A stretch of DNA of 64,000 bases, taken from assembly GCF_001447785.1 (NCBI RefSeq), contig NW_015177030.1, forward strand, positions 408,053-472,052, read 5' to 3'. The translations under genes and the position numbers were made by a program. Shown here piece after piece: positions 1 through 28,917 of the stretch. The notes under the pieces are model-generated. The model was not told the DNA's origin. It did no database searches and saw only the letters and a program-made list of their open reading frames with translations. This DNA is from Gekko japonicus (lineage: Eukaryota). The first letter of the stretch is position 1. Every line of letters starts with the position of its first letter.

Positions 1-401
1 GAAAGGAGGACCCCACCCTTGGCGGCAGGCCCCGGAGCGGCGCGGCATGGACCGGCGACCCCCGTAGCGGCCGCGCCCCGGACCCGCCTGCTCGCCCGCC
101 GCCGCCGCCGCCGCCATGCCCTGAGCCGCCCCTGGCCAGAGGGGGGGGCCCGCCGCAGGACATGCCCCGCCGAGCCGGCCCCAGATAGCAGGTAGGCGCA
201 CGCGGCTCCTCGGGCAGGGCGGCCAGGCCCGGGGCTCGGCTACGCGCCCGAAGGGCTGGGTCGCGGCGGCCTGCTGCAAAGGCGGAGCGCTCTGTGCAGG
301 CTCAGAGGCCTTCGGGTCCCCCTAACATCCTCTCTCTCCCTCAGCTGCGCCCCCCCGCCGGGCGCTCCCCGCCCCGCCGCCCGCCCGCCCGCCCCGGGAA
401 G

Positions 402-16361
<15,960 letters not shown>

Positions 16362-18769
16362 TGGCGCGGGGCTGAGCCCCGAGGAACCGGTGCCTTGTGC
16401 CAGCCGAGCCGGACACGGTGCAGGGCTAACTGCTGGCAGCGTGGTGCCCTGCCCGTGGGCCCCTGGCCTGGGACTCACCAGAGACCATGGGCTGCTTGGG
16501 TGCTGCCCCCTGCTGGTGAAGCAGGGCAAATGGCTCTTTGGCCAGGATCCAGGATTGAAAGCAGCACGCTGGGAATACCAGCATGGAAAATCCGTTGCTT
16601 CGCCTCAAGGACCCTCTGTGGAAACGGCTGCCCCACAGGCCCACCCCACAGGCGGCTGCATCTTAGAGTGGGGGCAAGGTTGCCAGCTGGCACCCCTTGC
16701 CCTCACCCTCCAAACCAGCCACGTCTGTGCCAACAACCGACCCATAAGATGCTGCCATTCGTCTTTCTCGGAGGGGGGCCAGCACGATAGCTGTGGGAAG
16801 GGCAGCCATGGCCCCGTTGTCTCTGCCAAGAGGGAGGCCTCCGAGTACCGGGGCGTTTCCAGGTTCTCACGGGGGTTTTCTTACATCGCTGGGGAGGAAG
16901 GTGGGAACCGGGGGGGGGAGGGGGACGTCGTTGCCATGCAGAGTTCTCCAGACTGAAGTGGCCACAATGTCTCCCACTTCACCTGCCAGGCCGTTTGGTT
17001 GGCCAGTTCCTGGTCAGAGATAGGACTTAAAGCTGGGATGCCTGAACACAAGCGGTCTGTCCCTCCCTCCCCAGGGGTGGGGCAGGGTGAAGAGAAGAGC
17101 AGGCCCTTCATAGCAGCCCCATAGGACTTAGCCGCTTCTTCATTGGCATCTGTATCTCTGACTGGGGGGGCCGTCTCCATCAGCTTGCAAAATAAAATAA
17201 GCAAAAATTTCCCAGTCTGGCAGTGAAATTATGACATCAGAGTTTTCTCGTCCTGCAAACTGGAGGAAGGGGACCCAGACTTTGGGTTGGAAATGCAGTT
17301 TTCCAGAAACTCCCCCCCCCCTAATTAAAATGTCAAATGTTTTCCCATGTAGGAAAACTTTGATTTAGCCACATTCACGTTTACAGAAATAACTCATCAT
17401 AGCATCGCTTTCCTTCTTTCCTGCCCTGTTTTCTCATGTCCTGGTTCATTTTTCTTACCTTGAAAGCCAGTAGTTCTGAATTTCAGCAGATGCCTAGAGA
17501 CTCAAGGTTCTGGAATGGGTCATGTGCTGTCTTTCCTCTCCCACTGACTCTTCTCACTTAAATCTGCTTTAAAATTCCCTTTTTCGCTGCCCAGAAAAGC
17601 CAAACTGCAATTTCAATATGGGGGGGGGGGAGATATTTCAGTGGAAATGGGCCTCCTTTGGGAGAACGGCTTGGGTTTTGAGTGCTGTTAGAACTGTGCT
17701 GCTGTTCAAAGTCAGCCAGCAGGGGTGGGGTTGCGGAGGGGACGACGAGAAAACTCTTGTGCTTGTGTCTTCTCTACGCATCTGACCATGTTACAAAGTC
17801 TGCCTTCTGAACTCCAGCCTGGCTCCTTGCCATGGCAAAGCTTCTTGCTCTCTTTGGGCACAGGTGGATTCAAGGGCCTCACAGGGTGGGCTTTGTGCAA
17901 GCTGGGTTAAAAGACAGGGTAGAGATCGTGGTGGCAACTCGCATTGCACATTTGTGTGATCATGCATTCAGTGCCTCCCACAGAGGTGAGAACCTCCTTT
18001 AGACATTAGCCCCTTCCTGTTCATGGAGCTAGTCAGTAGGATCACAGGGGGAGCCCTGGAAGGCTCACCAGTGCTGTTGGTAAGATGGCCCCCACCCGAA
18101 CATCCATGCAGGACTAGCCAAGCAGCAGCAGTAGCCCTGTCCGTCCCATCCCCTGGGCAGCCTCTGCGCCCTGCCTCTTGGCCTCACTCGCCTGTCTCAC
18201 CTGCCTCGTGGTCTGTCTCTCTCTCTCGTTTGTATTCCTCTCCATGGAAGCCACCTCTTCCTGCTGAGCTTTCTGTCTGTGTGCTTGTGATGGCACATGC
18301 TGGCAGAAGTGGAGCCAAGGGGTTTTCCTCTGCTGTGTGCCAGGCAGCCCACCCATGGCCGGCAGCATTTTGTTCCGTGTCTTCAAAGTCTCATCCTCAG
18401 CCAACAGATTTGGGGAACGAAGCTTTTGGAACTGGTCCGGGACCCTCCCAGCACCATCCATGCCATCCCCTCGCCCACTTCTGCTTCAGAACCGACTGCG
18501 AATCCATCCGCCACAATTTCCTGTTAGCGTCCACAAGACACGGCTGGACCGGTTGGGGCGTTGGCATGAATTAGGGTTTAAAAACTGTGTACGGCGCCGT
18601 CAGGGTGAAGGAGAACCCACTCGGGACTCCTTGGTTTTATGCTCCAGCCCCTGATTTAAATATTTCACAAGATTGTCTAGCGTAGCAAGATGATGAAACT
18701 GCTTTGCAAAAATATTTATGCTGGGGATTCGTGGGAGGGTATTTATATATTGAAAAACAATGGAAAGAA

Positions 18770-18775
18770 AATAAA
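18770..18775 (+). terminator. Probable NYAP1 polyadenylation signal (AATAAA); a proximal alternative lies at 17191
   Basis: AATAAA ends an AT-rich, repeat-poor 3' UTR-like stretch and is followed by GT-rich sequence, then repeats. Confidence 0.55.
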
Positions 18776-21004
18776 ACTGTCACACTGGGTTGCTCTACTG
18801 TGGACTAGTTTCTCGTGTGTGATTCTGGGCTATCTATTACAGACAAGAGCAGAGGAGGAGAACACCAGGAATTGCAGGGCTGTGGCTCAGTGGTAGAACA
18901 ATTTGTTTGGCATGCAGCAGATCCTGGGTTCAGTTCCTAGTAGCTCCACTTAGAAGTATGAGATAGCAGGGCACAAAAGACCTGAGACCCTGGAGAATTG
19001 CTGCCAGTCTGAGTGGGGAATTCTGTGGAAGATTGGGGGGGGGGGAGACTTGGAGTTAATCTTTCAAGGGTAAAGTCTTAATGTAAGGGGGAAAGGGAGG
19101 AGTTGAGGTAGGAAGGTTAGGTGTGAATCCTGTTATAAATCAACAGAATTAGTAGTTGCATATCATTGATGGTGAGAGTGGTCATAGGTTTAAATAGATA
19201 AGGAAAGTGATGAAACAGTCATTTCAGAATGAATTGATATTGGTTCAGGGTATCGTCTGATACAGTGTACTGAGAACTGCCAATTAAAATTTCTGAAAAG
19301 TGGATCCCGTAGAGCCATTAGAGATTGTAATGAGTCAGGAAATAAGTCACCGCAAGGACAACATGTAATGTTTAATTTCTTGATGAGTTCCAATTCAGAA
19401 TTATCATATTTTATATTCCCTTTGATTTGAGAGGGTAGGGGGTAGAACAGAAACTTTCAGGTCTGTAATGGAATATCCTGTGCTCCGAGGGCTCTCTCAT
19501 GCGCAGAGCTGGTGGCCACAGGGGTGTGCAGCAGTGTAAGGCATTAATAAGTCATGAAGAGTTTTGCCTTCACAAAAGTGCTTGGGGATCCGCTTTTATT
19601 GATTGAAGCCCAGCATTTCCCCCCCAAAATCTTGCCAGTCCTCAGCAAATCAGCATAATGACAAAAAGAGGAAAGTGGGACTGAGCCGAGAGAGGCTGAA
19701 CGTTTCTTGCAGAGTGTCACATCAGCCTGAGGAGGGGGATTTCCTTCCAAAGGCTGTGGTAAGTCATAAGGCACTCCTGTATCAGAACCTTTCCACAGTG
19801 TTATGTGCTTGACTTAGTATCCTATAATTGTAGTGAATTGTTCCACATTTCCCAAAAAGGGAGCAGGTTCCATGTGGGAGGGAAAGACTTGACACTGAAG
19901 GTGAATTTGCTGCCAGTCTGTCTACTTGTAACAAGGCTTAAGCGAGCTGGGACTTAGGAGATAGCTGATTTGGGCTCTTCAAGCGTAGCTTTCCTTGGGC
20001 TGCCTTTCTTTGTGCTCCATCTTGTCTGCTTCTGTTCTTGTTCTTCAACAGCCGGATGGAATTGTTTATTTATTTAATTTGTACTTTGCCTTTTTCCCAA
20101 ATTGAGACCCAAAGCGGCGATACCCTTCTTGCAACCTGTCTATTTCATTATTTCACTTAGAAAATGTGTTGACTGCCTCTTCAGGAATTTACCAACATAA
20201 AACAATGAAAGTAACCAGCCAGGTAAAATGAACCCGGTCAGCAAAAAAACCATTTCAAAACCATCAGCAGAAGGGAAAGCGTTTAAATGGTATAAAATTC
20301 TATAAGAGCATATCAAAATCCAGTGTAAACAGGTGGACACAGAATCCATAAAAGACTGTAAAGTACCCTATGTAAGGTAGGCGCCAGACGGACTTCTAGT
20401 GTGTGCTTGTGGGGATGACATAGCACTGACATATTTCTATCAGTAGATGCAGCCCACTTCACCTTATGGGGATATGGGGTGTGTGCAGAGAGAAGGCCCT
20501 GAGCCAAAGGTCTTAACTAGTAAGCAGGACCGTCGAGGAGGAGGCAGCCGTTCAGGTCCCCTGTCCCAAGACCTTTGGGACTTTAACACTCAACACCAGC
20601 ACTTTAAACAGCGTCTGGGAACAGGGAGCCAGATAGTGCTGATCTTTCAGCCCTGTCTCCACCCCCCAATATGAGCCTGGCTACTGAATCTTGAACCAAA
20701 CTTAAACTTCTCAATGGTTTTGGGAGGGAGCCCCACAGAGCACAGGGCAGTAATCCAACTGGCGCGGTCTCAGAATGGATCACCGAGGCCCAGTCCCATG
20801 TTTCAAGGAAAGCCCATGCCTAGTGCATCATCGGCAGAACCTGAGCAGAGGTGCTACATGCAGCAGAGAGAGCCTGAGCTTCCAACCTGAGGCCAGGATC
20901 CAGGAAGCCACAAACCTTCACCATTCCTGGATAGAAGGGTGCCTCGGAATCAACAGATGTCAGCCTGAGTTCCGTGGAGGAAAATGAACGGTGGAAACAG
21001 CAGA

Positions 21005-22490
21005 TAAGAACATAAGAGATGCCAATGTTGGATGCCAAAGGCCCATCCAGTCCAACACTCTGTATCCCACAGTGGCCATAAATACCAGTGCCATCAGGAG
21101 GTCCACCAGTGGGGCCAGGACATTAGAAGCCCCTGTGGCAGTGAATTCCAAGTGTTAATCACTCTTTGGGTGAAGAAGTACTTCCTTTTATCCGTTCTAA
21201 CCCGACCGCTCAGCAATTTCATGGAGTGCCCACGGGTTCTTGTATTGTGAGAAAGGGAGAAAAGTACCTCTTTCTTTACCTGCTCTTTCCCATGCATAAT
21301 CTTATAAACCTCAATCATGTCACCCCTCAGTCGTCGTTTCTCCAAGCTAAAGAGCCCTAAGCGCTTTAACCTTTCCTCATAGGGAAAGTGTTCCAACCCT
21401 TTTATCATTCGAGTTGCTCTTTTCTGCACTTTTTCCAAAGCTATAATATCCTTTTTAAGGTGTGGTGACCAGAATTGCACACAGTATTCCAGATGAGGTC
21501 GCACCATTGATTTATATAGCGGCATTATGATATTGGCTGATCTGTTTACAATACCCTTCCTAATAATCCCCAGCATAGCATTGGCCTTCTTTATTGCAGT
21601 CACACACTGTCTCGACATTTTCAGTGAGTTATCCACTACAACTCCAAGATCTCTCTCTTGCTCAGTCTCTGCCAGTTCAGACCCCATCAATGTGTATTTA
21701 TATTTAGGATTTTTGGCTCCAATGTGCATCACCTTGCACTTGGCCACATTGAACCCCATTTGCCATGTTGACGCCCACTTGCCCATCTTTGACAGATCCC
21801 TTTGGAGTGCCTCACAATCCTCACTGGTTTTCACCACCCTGAACAACTTTGTATCATCCGCAAATTTAGCCACTTCACTGCTTACTCCCAACTCCAAATC
21901 ATTAATGAACAAGTTAAAAAGCAGTGGACCAAGTACTGATCCCTGCGGTACCCCACTGCTTACCTCCCTCCACTGGGAGAACTGCCCATTTATACTCACT
22001 CTCTGTTTTCTATTAATTAGCCAGTTTTTGGTCCATAAAAGGACTTGTCATTTTATCCCATGATTTTTGAGCTTACTTAGGAGCCTTTGATGAGGAACTT
22101 TATCAAAAGCTTTCTGGAAGTCAAGGTAAACAATATCTATTGGATCCCCCTTGTCCACATGTTTGTTCACCCCCTCAAAGAACATTAACAGGTTAGTGAG
22201 ACAAGATCTTCCCTTACAGAACCCATGTTGAGTCTGCCTCAATAGGTTTTGTTCATCTATGTGCCTACTAATTCTTTCCTTAATAATGGTTTCCACCAAT
22301 TTACCCGGTATCGACGTCAGACTGACTGGCCTGTAATTTCCCGGATCTCCTCTGGAACCCTTTTTAAAGATGGGAGTGACATTAGCTACCTTCCAGTCCT
22401 CAGGAATGGAGGCAGATTTTAAGGAGAGATTACATATTTTTGTCAGGAGATCCACAAGTTCACAATTGAGTTCTTTCAGAACTCTCAGAT
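21005..22490 (-). mobile_element. Relatively young, 5'-truncated CR1 LINE (reverse transcriptase)
   Basis: ORFs 22048-22500 and 21094-21999 share one frame and are split by a single stop. Motifs: NYRPVSLTS, YLDFQKAFDKVPH, GVPQGSVLGP, KFADDTKL. Confidence 0.93.
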
Positions 22491-23099
22491 CTTTCCCCAT
22501 TATTTTGCAAACCCACCCAGGAGGTGAGGAGTCCTGCCAACGCTCTCATTCCAACCACATTTTATCCCCTGCTCATCAGCATACCTCTTTCAGACCTCTT
22601 TGATGTACTCTAGCTGTGACTTCTGTTTGGCAATAGGCGGGAGGACAACTGAGGTACAGGATACTAACCTCTGGGCCTCAGAGCACCAGGACTCAAGCAG
22701 AAACGGAGTCCTGGATGCCTGTTGGGCACACCCCCAGACCCCCATCCTCTCTTGAGCCACTCTCCTCTCTAGATAGGACTCCCAACCCAGACCCGGCGAT
22801 GCTACATAGAGTCCATCCCCCAATGGAGACATTTTCTCCAGAGAAACTGATCTTGGTCATCTGAAGGTCAATTGTAATAGGGGGAGATCTTCAGATACCA
22901 CCTGAAGGTTGGTAATCATACCAAAGAAACAGTGGGCAAGTGTTTGGGAAACAGACACAGAAACAGACTGAATTCTGGAGTTTTGGCCCCGCTGGCGGAC
23001 CCCCTGATGGCACTGGGTTTTGGCCACTGTGTCACATAGAGCGTTGGGCTGGAAGGGCCACTGGCCTGACCCAACATGGCTTCTCTTATGTTCTATACT

Positions 23100-23495
23100 C
23101 AGGGCTATTTTGGGGCAGAAACGCACAGGAATTGAGTTCCAGCTGGCTCCTGAGTTGGCCACGCCCAGCAGGAACTCATTAGCATAATAGGGCACACCCC
23201 ATAGCAGAAACACATTAGGATTGGTTGCATTAGGGGTGTGTGGCCTAACATGCAAAGGAGTTCCTGCTACAAAAAAAGCCCTAGGTTTTGACAACAAACA
23301 AGGTAAACAGAATAAGAAGCAAAAGGTGGGTGTGGCTGGATGACCACACTTTTCTGGTAACATGGGGGTGTGGCCTAATGTGCCAATAAGTGGTGCTGTC
23401 AGGGTGTGGCCTAATATGCTAATAAGTTTTGCTGTTGGGTGTGGCCTATTATGCTAATGAGTTCCTGCTGGGCTTTTTCTACAAAAAGAGCCCTG
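23100..23495. mobile_element. hAT-type MITE family 2 with internal ggtgtggcctaat repeats
   Basis: TIRs cagggct / agccctg; perfect 8-bp TSD tctatact at 23092-23099 and 23496-23503. Confidence 0.82.
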
Positions 23496-25839
23496 TCTAT
23501 ACTCCTATGAATTCTCATCTCCTTTTCTGTTTCCAGAGAAATTGGGGGAAAGGTTAGTGTCCTACTCTAAGCTGGTGGAATACAGAAGGTTACAAACAGT
23601 AGTTCCCATCTCCTTCCCAGTTTTATAGCCTGGTGCTGTTCTGAACCCCACACAAATGCTCTGCCAGCAAAAGCTGCAGTCAGATAAGAACATAAGAGAA
23701 GCCAATGTTGGATCAGGCCAATGGCCCATCCAGTCCAACACTCTGTCACACAGTGGCACAAAATACCAGGTGGCATCAGGAGGTCCAGCAGTGGGGCCAG
23801 GACACTAGAAGCCCTCCCACTGTTGCCCCCCCCCCCAAGCACCAAGAATACAGTGCATCACTTGCCCCAGACTGAGAGTTCCTATCTATACCTTGTGGCT
23901 AATAGGGGCCACTGATGGACCTCTGCTCCATATGTTTATCTAATTCCCTCTTACAGCCATCCACGCTTGTAGCTGCTGCCACCTCCTGTGGCAGTGAATT
24001 CCATGTGTTAATCATGTATGAAGCCTCCTGTACAGGAAAAGGTTTCTAGTTAGCTGCACAGGAGAATTCCAGAAAGACAATGACTGGACTGACGGGAGGG
24101 GGGAGCACATGCCCAAAACAGGCTCAGAAAACACATGACAAGAATTTGCAAGAACATTGCTGGTGGGGGGGGGGGGTTGTCAGGTTATGCAGGGGCAGGT
24201 AAGGTGGCAAGACACCTCCATCCCTTCCTGCACCTGCAGAGTTGGGGAATGGAACATTATTCTCTGCAAACCTGTGAAGCGCTAAATAAATATTCCCTTT
24301 TCCACCTACCTCCTTTTTGTTATTGGAAAGCTGCAAAAAGCTGGTATTTTTAAATGAAACAAGAAACAAAAGATTTGCAGTTCCTAACTCTGTCTCATAC
24401 ACAAGGCTGTTTAAAAATCCAAAGTCAGAATCATTCCCCACCCTGGATGTGCACACACAGTCCCTCAAAATCACAAGGCCGGTTTTCGGTCATAAAGTAA
24501 TCAAAAGCTTTGCAACCTTGCACAGCCTGTCTAAGAAGCCAGACCAGCACAGGCCACTGCGTTCACATGTTCACAAGCCCTTCAAAATGTTTAGACAAGA
24601 AAGGCCCGGAGTGCCTTCCACTCCAGGGCAACCGTGGAAAGCTGTTCGGTTGTCCTGTTTTGTCACTAAGAACTTTAGTCTTTTGTATGGTTTTACCATG
24701 CTAGAAGCCACCCTGAAGCACAGAAATCTATTCTGAAGGAAGTGCTTCTTTGCTTGAGGAATGATTGGCTTGTGGAACTCACTGCTGGAGAATGTTGTGA
24801 TGGCCAAAAGCTTATCGGGCTTTCAAAGGGGTCTAGACAAATTCATGAAGGAGAGGCCCATCAGTGGCTTTTAGTCATGATGATTAAATGGATTCTCCAG
24901 GGCCAGATGCTGCTTACCGCTGGATTCTAGTACTGGGGGAGCAAAAATGCTCTTGGACGTTTCAGGGCTACAGCAGACAGTCTAGTAAGCTTATGGACAT
25001 CTCTGTGTTTGGTTACACACTGGACCCCTTGTACTCTTCCATCCTGCAGTGTCCATGCCAATGAATATCTATCTGTTGAGGATTATGTTGCAAGCATCTG
25101 ATGAAATGGGGCTCAAGCACACAAAAAATTCTGCCACAATAAACCTGTTTTGTTTGTCTTTGAAGTGCCAGGAGAGACTCCATTTTGTCTTGCTCTTCTG
25201 GGCTAAGGTGACTGCCCCATTGGACTTCAAATTCAGATGCTCTGGATGGCAAACCACCTGCCCATCCCACCTGTAAGATAGGGAAACTGTTGACCTGGCT
25301 GCGCTACACAGCTGTTAAAATGAAACAAAATTAATTACATGAAATACTTAAGTTGTGGGTTTTATATTTTTAAGCCAGAGGCAGTTGGGACTTCTGCCAG
25401 GAACCAATCTTTGGATTTGCCAGAGCAAGTCAGTAAGTCAGTACTGAGGCCTGCTTGGGGAAAGGGTTTTATTAATGATGATGGCTATTATTATTTCATG
25501 CACTGATTTTTACAGAAGAGACTTGAGTCAGTCCTGAGGAACAGTAAATGACCATTGGCATTTAGGCAGGGAAACATTGTTAGTATTCTCCATGTCTTTT
25601 GCCCCTAAGAGTAAACCTCATGGGGGCTTCAGGGCTTGAGCCCCTTCTCTAAGATTTCAGGCTGCTAACCAATGCTCCTGCTGTGAAATAAAGTATTTCT
25701 TGCTGAGGTTCACCAAGAATGCCCAGCTCAGTAAAAGGGAGAATGCCAGTTTTACAACTTGATTGTGATGGATGATTTCGTGAATGCCCAGAGCAGGCAG
25801 GAGAGGGTGTGGTTTAGGAGTAGATTACCTGCTTGGAAT

Positions 25840-26149
25840 AGGAGCTGCGGTGGCTCAAGTGGTTAAGACGCTGAACTGCAGGCTGTGGAAGGTCAGTAGT
25901 TCAGCGGTTCAAGACCCGGGTGCCGCAAGACAGGGTGAGCTCCTGTCTCTAGTTCCAGCTCCTGCCAACCTAGCAGTTCGAAAGCAAGAAATTGCAAGTA
26001 GATAAATAGGTACCACTTCGGTGGGAAGGTAACAGCGTTCCGTGCGCCTTGGTGTTTAGTCATGCCGGCCACATGACCACGGAAACGTCTTCGGACAGCG
26101 CTGGCTCTTCGGCTTTGAAACGGAGATGAGCACCGCAACCCTAGTTACC
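25840..26149 (+). mobile_element. Sauria-type SINE nested inside a family A tRNA-SINE
   Basis: tRNA-like head; body gctcctgccaacctagcagttcgaaagc...atgccggccacatgacc; 15-bp TSD ttacctgcttggaat at 25825-25839 and 26150-26164. Confidence 0.82.
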
Positions 26150-26479
26150 TTACCTGCTTGGAATGCAGGAAGTCCCAGGTTCAATCCCCAGCATCTTCAG
26201 AAGATCATGTAGTAGGTGATGTGAAAGACCTTTGGCTTGAGACCTTGAACAGCCACTGCCAGTTTGAGTAGACAATACTGACTTTGATGGACCAATAGTC
26301 TGATTCAGTACAAGGCAGCAGCATGTGTTCAGGAAAGAAGAGCGAAGCTCTCAGCTTTCCCTCCATGGGGTTTGCCTCAAAGGTGCTGAGGGCCAATTTG
26401 CACAACACAGCACCATAGTGGAAGGTAGGACCAAGCTGATAATATGCATATTTAGTAATAATATGTTAATTGTGTGCTG

Positions 26480-26660
26480 TGAAGTCACAACCAACTCATG
26501 GTGACTGTAGGACTATGGGGTTTTCAAAGCAAGAGATGAGCAGAGGTGGTTTGCTATTGCCATCCTCTGCATAACAACCCCAGTCTTCCTTGGTGGCCCC
26601 CCCTCCAAGCACTAACCGTGGCCAATCCTGCTTCACTTCCAAGTTCTGATATCAGGCTAT
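26480..26660 (-). mobile_element. 5S rRNA-derived SINE with RTE-like tail
   Basis: The minus strand reads ggaagtgaagcaggattggccacggttagtgcttggag, a degenerate 5S internal control region, followed by non-5S sequence. Confidence 0.65.
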
Positions 26661-26897
26661 TCAGGTTGCTGATGCATATTTACTCAGAAGAAATATAGGG
26701 AGCGGTGGCGCAGGCAGTAAGAACGCCTGCTATAACATCAACGAACAGCCACTATGGCTGTTCGAGACCCACCGCAGCCGGAGTGAGCTCCCAGCCCTAG
26801 TCCCAGCTCCCGCCAGAAGTAAGGTCTGTATTAAGGTGATCTGTTTTGTTTTGCAAGTTAACCACAAGCCTTGCAACTGATTAGGTGGCAGAAAACA

Positions 26898-27942
26898 GAA
26901 GGGCAAGTTTCTTTTCTTTTAACTAAGTTTTCACTGTTCCTTTGCCCATTTTAGTTGCTATCTGCAGAAGAGGCAGAGAACCGGAGTTATGCAAGAACCA
27001 GAGTTATGCCCCTCATTAAATACTTTTTCAATAGTGAAGCTTCTATAGATGAGCTGTGAGTTTGTTTTGCCTTCAAACGAAAACCAAAGGCTAGTGATAC
27101 TTTAAAGCGACACCTTAAAGACTGTGGTATGTTAAATGCTGTCAAGTTGCCTCCAACGTATGGCAATCCTGTGAATTAATGACCTACGGTTAACACGTTT
27201 GCTCAGGTCTTGCAAACCGAGGGCCCTGACTTGGCTTTATGGAGTCAATCCATCTCGTGTTGGGTCTTCCTCTTTTCCTGCTACCTTCAACTTTTCCTAG
27301 CATTATTGCCTTTTCCACTGACTCCTGTCTTCTTATAATGGGATCAAATTACAATCGCTTCAGTTGAGCCATTTTAGTTTCTAGGGAGAGGTCAGGCGGA
27401 AGAAGCCAGACTGTACAATTGTGGCCTTAGTTAGGAACCAATGAAGGGCAAGTTTCTTTTCTTTTAACTAAGTTTTCACTGTTCCTTTGCCCATTTTAGT
27501 TGCTATCTGCAGAAGAGGCAGAGAACCGGAGTTATGCAAGAACCAGAGTTATGCCCCTCATTAAATACTTTTTCAATAGTGAAGCTTCTATAGATGAGCT
27601 GTGAGTTTGTTTTGCCTTCAAACGAAAACCAAAGGCTAGTGATACTTTAAAGCGACACCTTAAAGACTGTGGTATGTTAAATGCTGTCAAGTTGCCTCCA
27701 ACGTATGGCAATCCTGTGAATTAATGACCTACGGTTAACACGTTTGCTCAGGTCTTGCAAACCGAGGGCCCTGACTTGGCTTTATGGAGTCAATCCATCT
27801 CGTGTTGGGTCTTCCTCTTTTCCTGCTACCTTCAACTTTTCCTAGCATTATTGCCTTTTCCACTGACTCCTGTCTTCTTATAATGAGATCAAATGACAAT
27901 CGCTTCAGTTGAGCCATTTTAGTTTCTAGGGAGAGGTCAGGC
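26898..27942. repeat. ~500-bp near-identical tandem duplication (26898-27397 and 27443-27942)
   Basis: Direct comparison shows only a few differences (e.g. gggatcaaatt vs gagatcaaatg) and a 45-bp spacer. Confidence 0.9.
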
Positions 27943-28245
27943 TTGGTTTGATCTAGAACCCACTTATTTTGTCTTTCCGGCTGTCCATAGCATCCGTAAA
28001 ACTCTCCTCCTCCAACACCACCTTTCAAAGGCACCAACTTTCCTCCTGTTGCCTTTCTTCGCTGTCCAACTTTCAGACCCATATACAGTAATGGGGGATA
28101 CTATGGTATTTATTATCTTGATCTTCCAGAGGCACATCCTTACACCTGAGAATCTTTTCTCTCTCCTTCATAGCTGCTCCTTCTGATTTCTTGGTCACAG
28201 TCTCCCTTTGGGTTGGTGATGGAGCCAAGGGATGGAAAATCTTCA
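27680..28245 (-). mobile_element. RTE-clade LINE 3' fragment (partly duplicated at 27135-27397)
   Basis: EKAIMLGKVEGSRKRGRPNTRWIDSIK; similar to 2130-2730. Confidence 0.8.
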
Positions 28246-28345
28246 CTCAGCTTTAAAGGCGAACATCTGTTTCCATATGAACCCGCTGCTCATTCCAGCT
28301 GTGTAAAAAGGAAATCATTCTTCTGTAGGAAAAATAACGCAGGGG

Positions 28346-28917
28346 NNNNNNNNNNNNNNNNNNNNNNNNNNNNNNNNNNNNNNNNNNNNNNNNNNNNNNN
28401 NNNNNNNNNNNNNNNNNNNNNNNNNNNNNNNNNNNNNNNNNNNNNNNNNNNNNNNNNNNNNNNNNNNNNNNNNNNNNNNNNNNNNNNNNNNNNNNNNNNN
28501 NNNNNNNNNNNNNNNNNNNNNNNNNNNNNNNNNNNNNNNNNNNNNNNNNNNNNNNNNNNNNNNNNNNNNNNNNNNNNNNNNNNNNNNNNNNNNNNNNNNN
28601 NNNNNNNNNNNNNNNNNNNNNNNNNNNNNNNNNNNNNNNNNNNNNNNNNNNNNNNNNNNNNNNNNNNNNNNNNNNNNNNNNNNNNNNNNNNNNNNNNNNN
28701 NNNNNNNNNNNNNNNNNNNNNNNNNNNNNNNNNNNNNNNNNNNNNNNNNNNNNNNNNNNNNNNNNNNNNNNNNNNNNNNNNNNNNNNNNNNNNNNNNNNN
28801 NNNNNNNNNNNNNNNNNNNNNNNNNNNNNNNNNNNNNNNNNNNNNNNNNNNNNNNNNNNNNNNNNNNNNNNNNNNNNNNNNNNNNNNNNNNNNNNNNNNN
28901 NNNNNNNNNNNNNNNNN
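28346..28917. other. Assembly gap (others: 40947-40975, 53404-54000, 56686-57604, 63568-63646)
   Basis: Runs of N, flanked by G/C-rich sequence. Confidence 0.99.

Noticed and set aside
21094-21999. 301-aa reverse transcriptase ORF as a host gene or novel RT system
   Set aside because: Ordinary 5'-truncated CR1 ORF2 with an in-frame stop, a CR1 3' tail and near-identical partial copies elsewhere in the window.
23230-23460. CRISPR-like array (ggtgtggcctaa repeats)
   Set aside because: Eukaryotic DNA; irregular internal repeats of a TIR/TSD-bounded MITE.
26560-26660. 5S rRNA gene
   Set aside because: Partial and diverged, fused to non-5S sequence and without a terminator; better explained as a SINE head.
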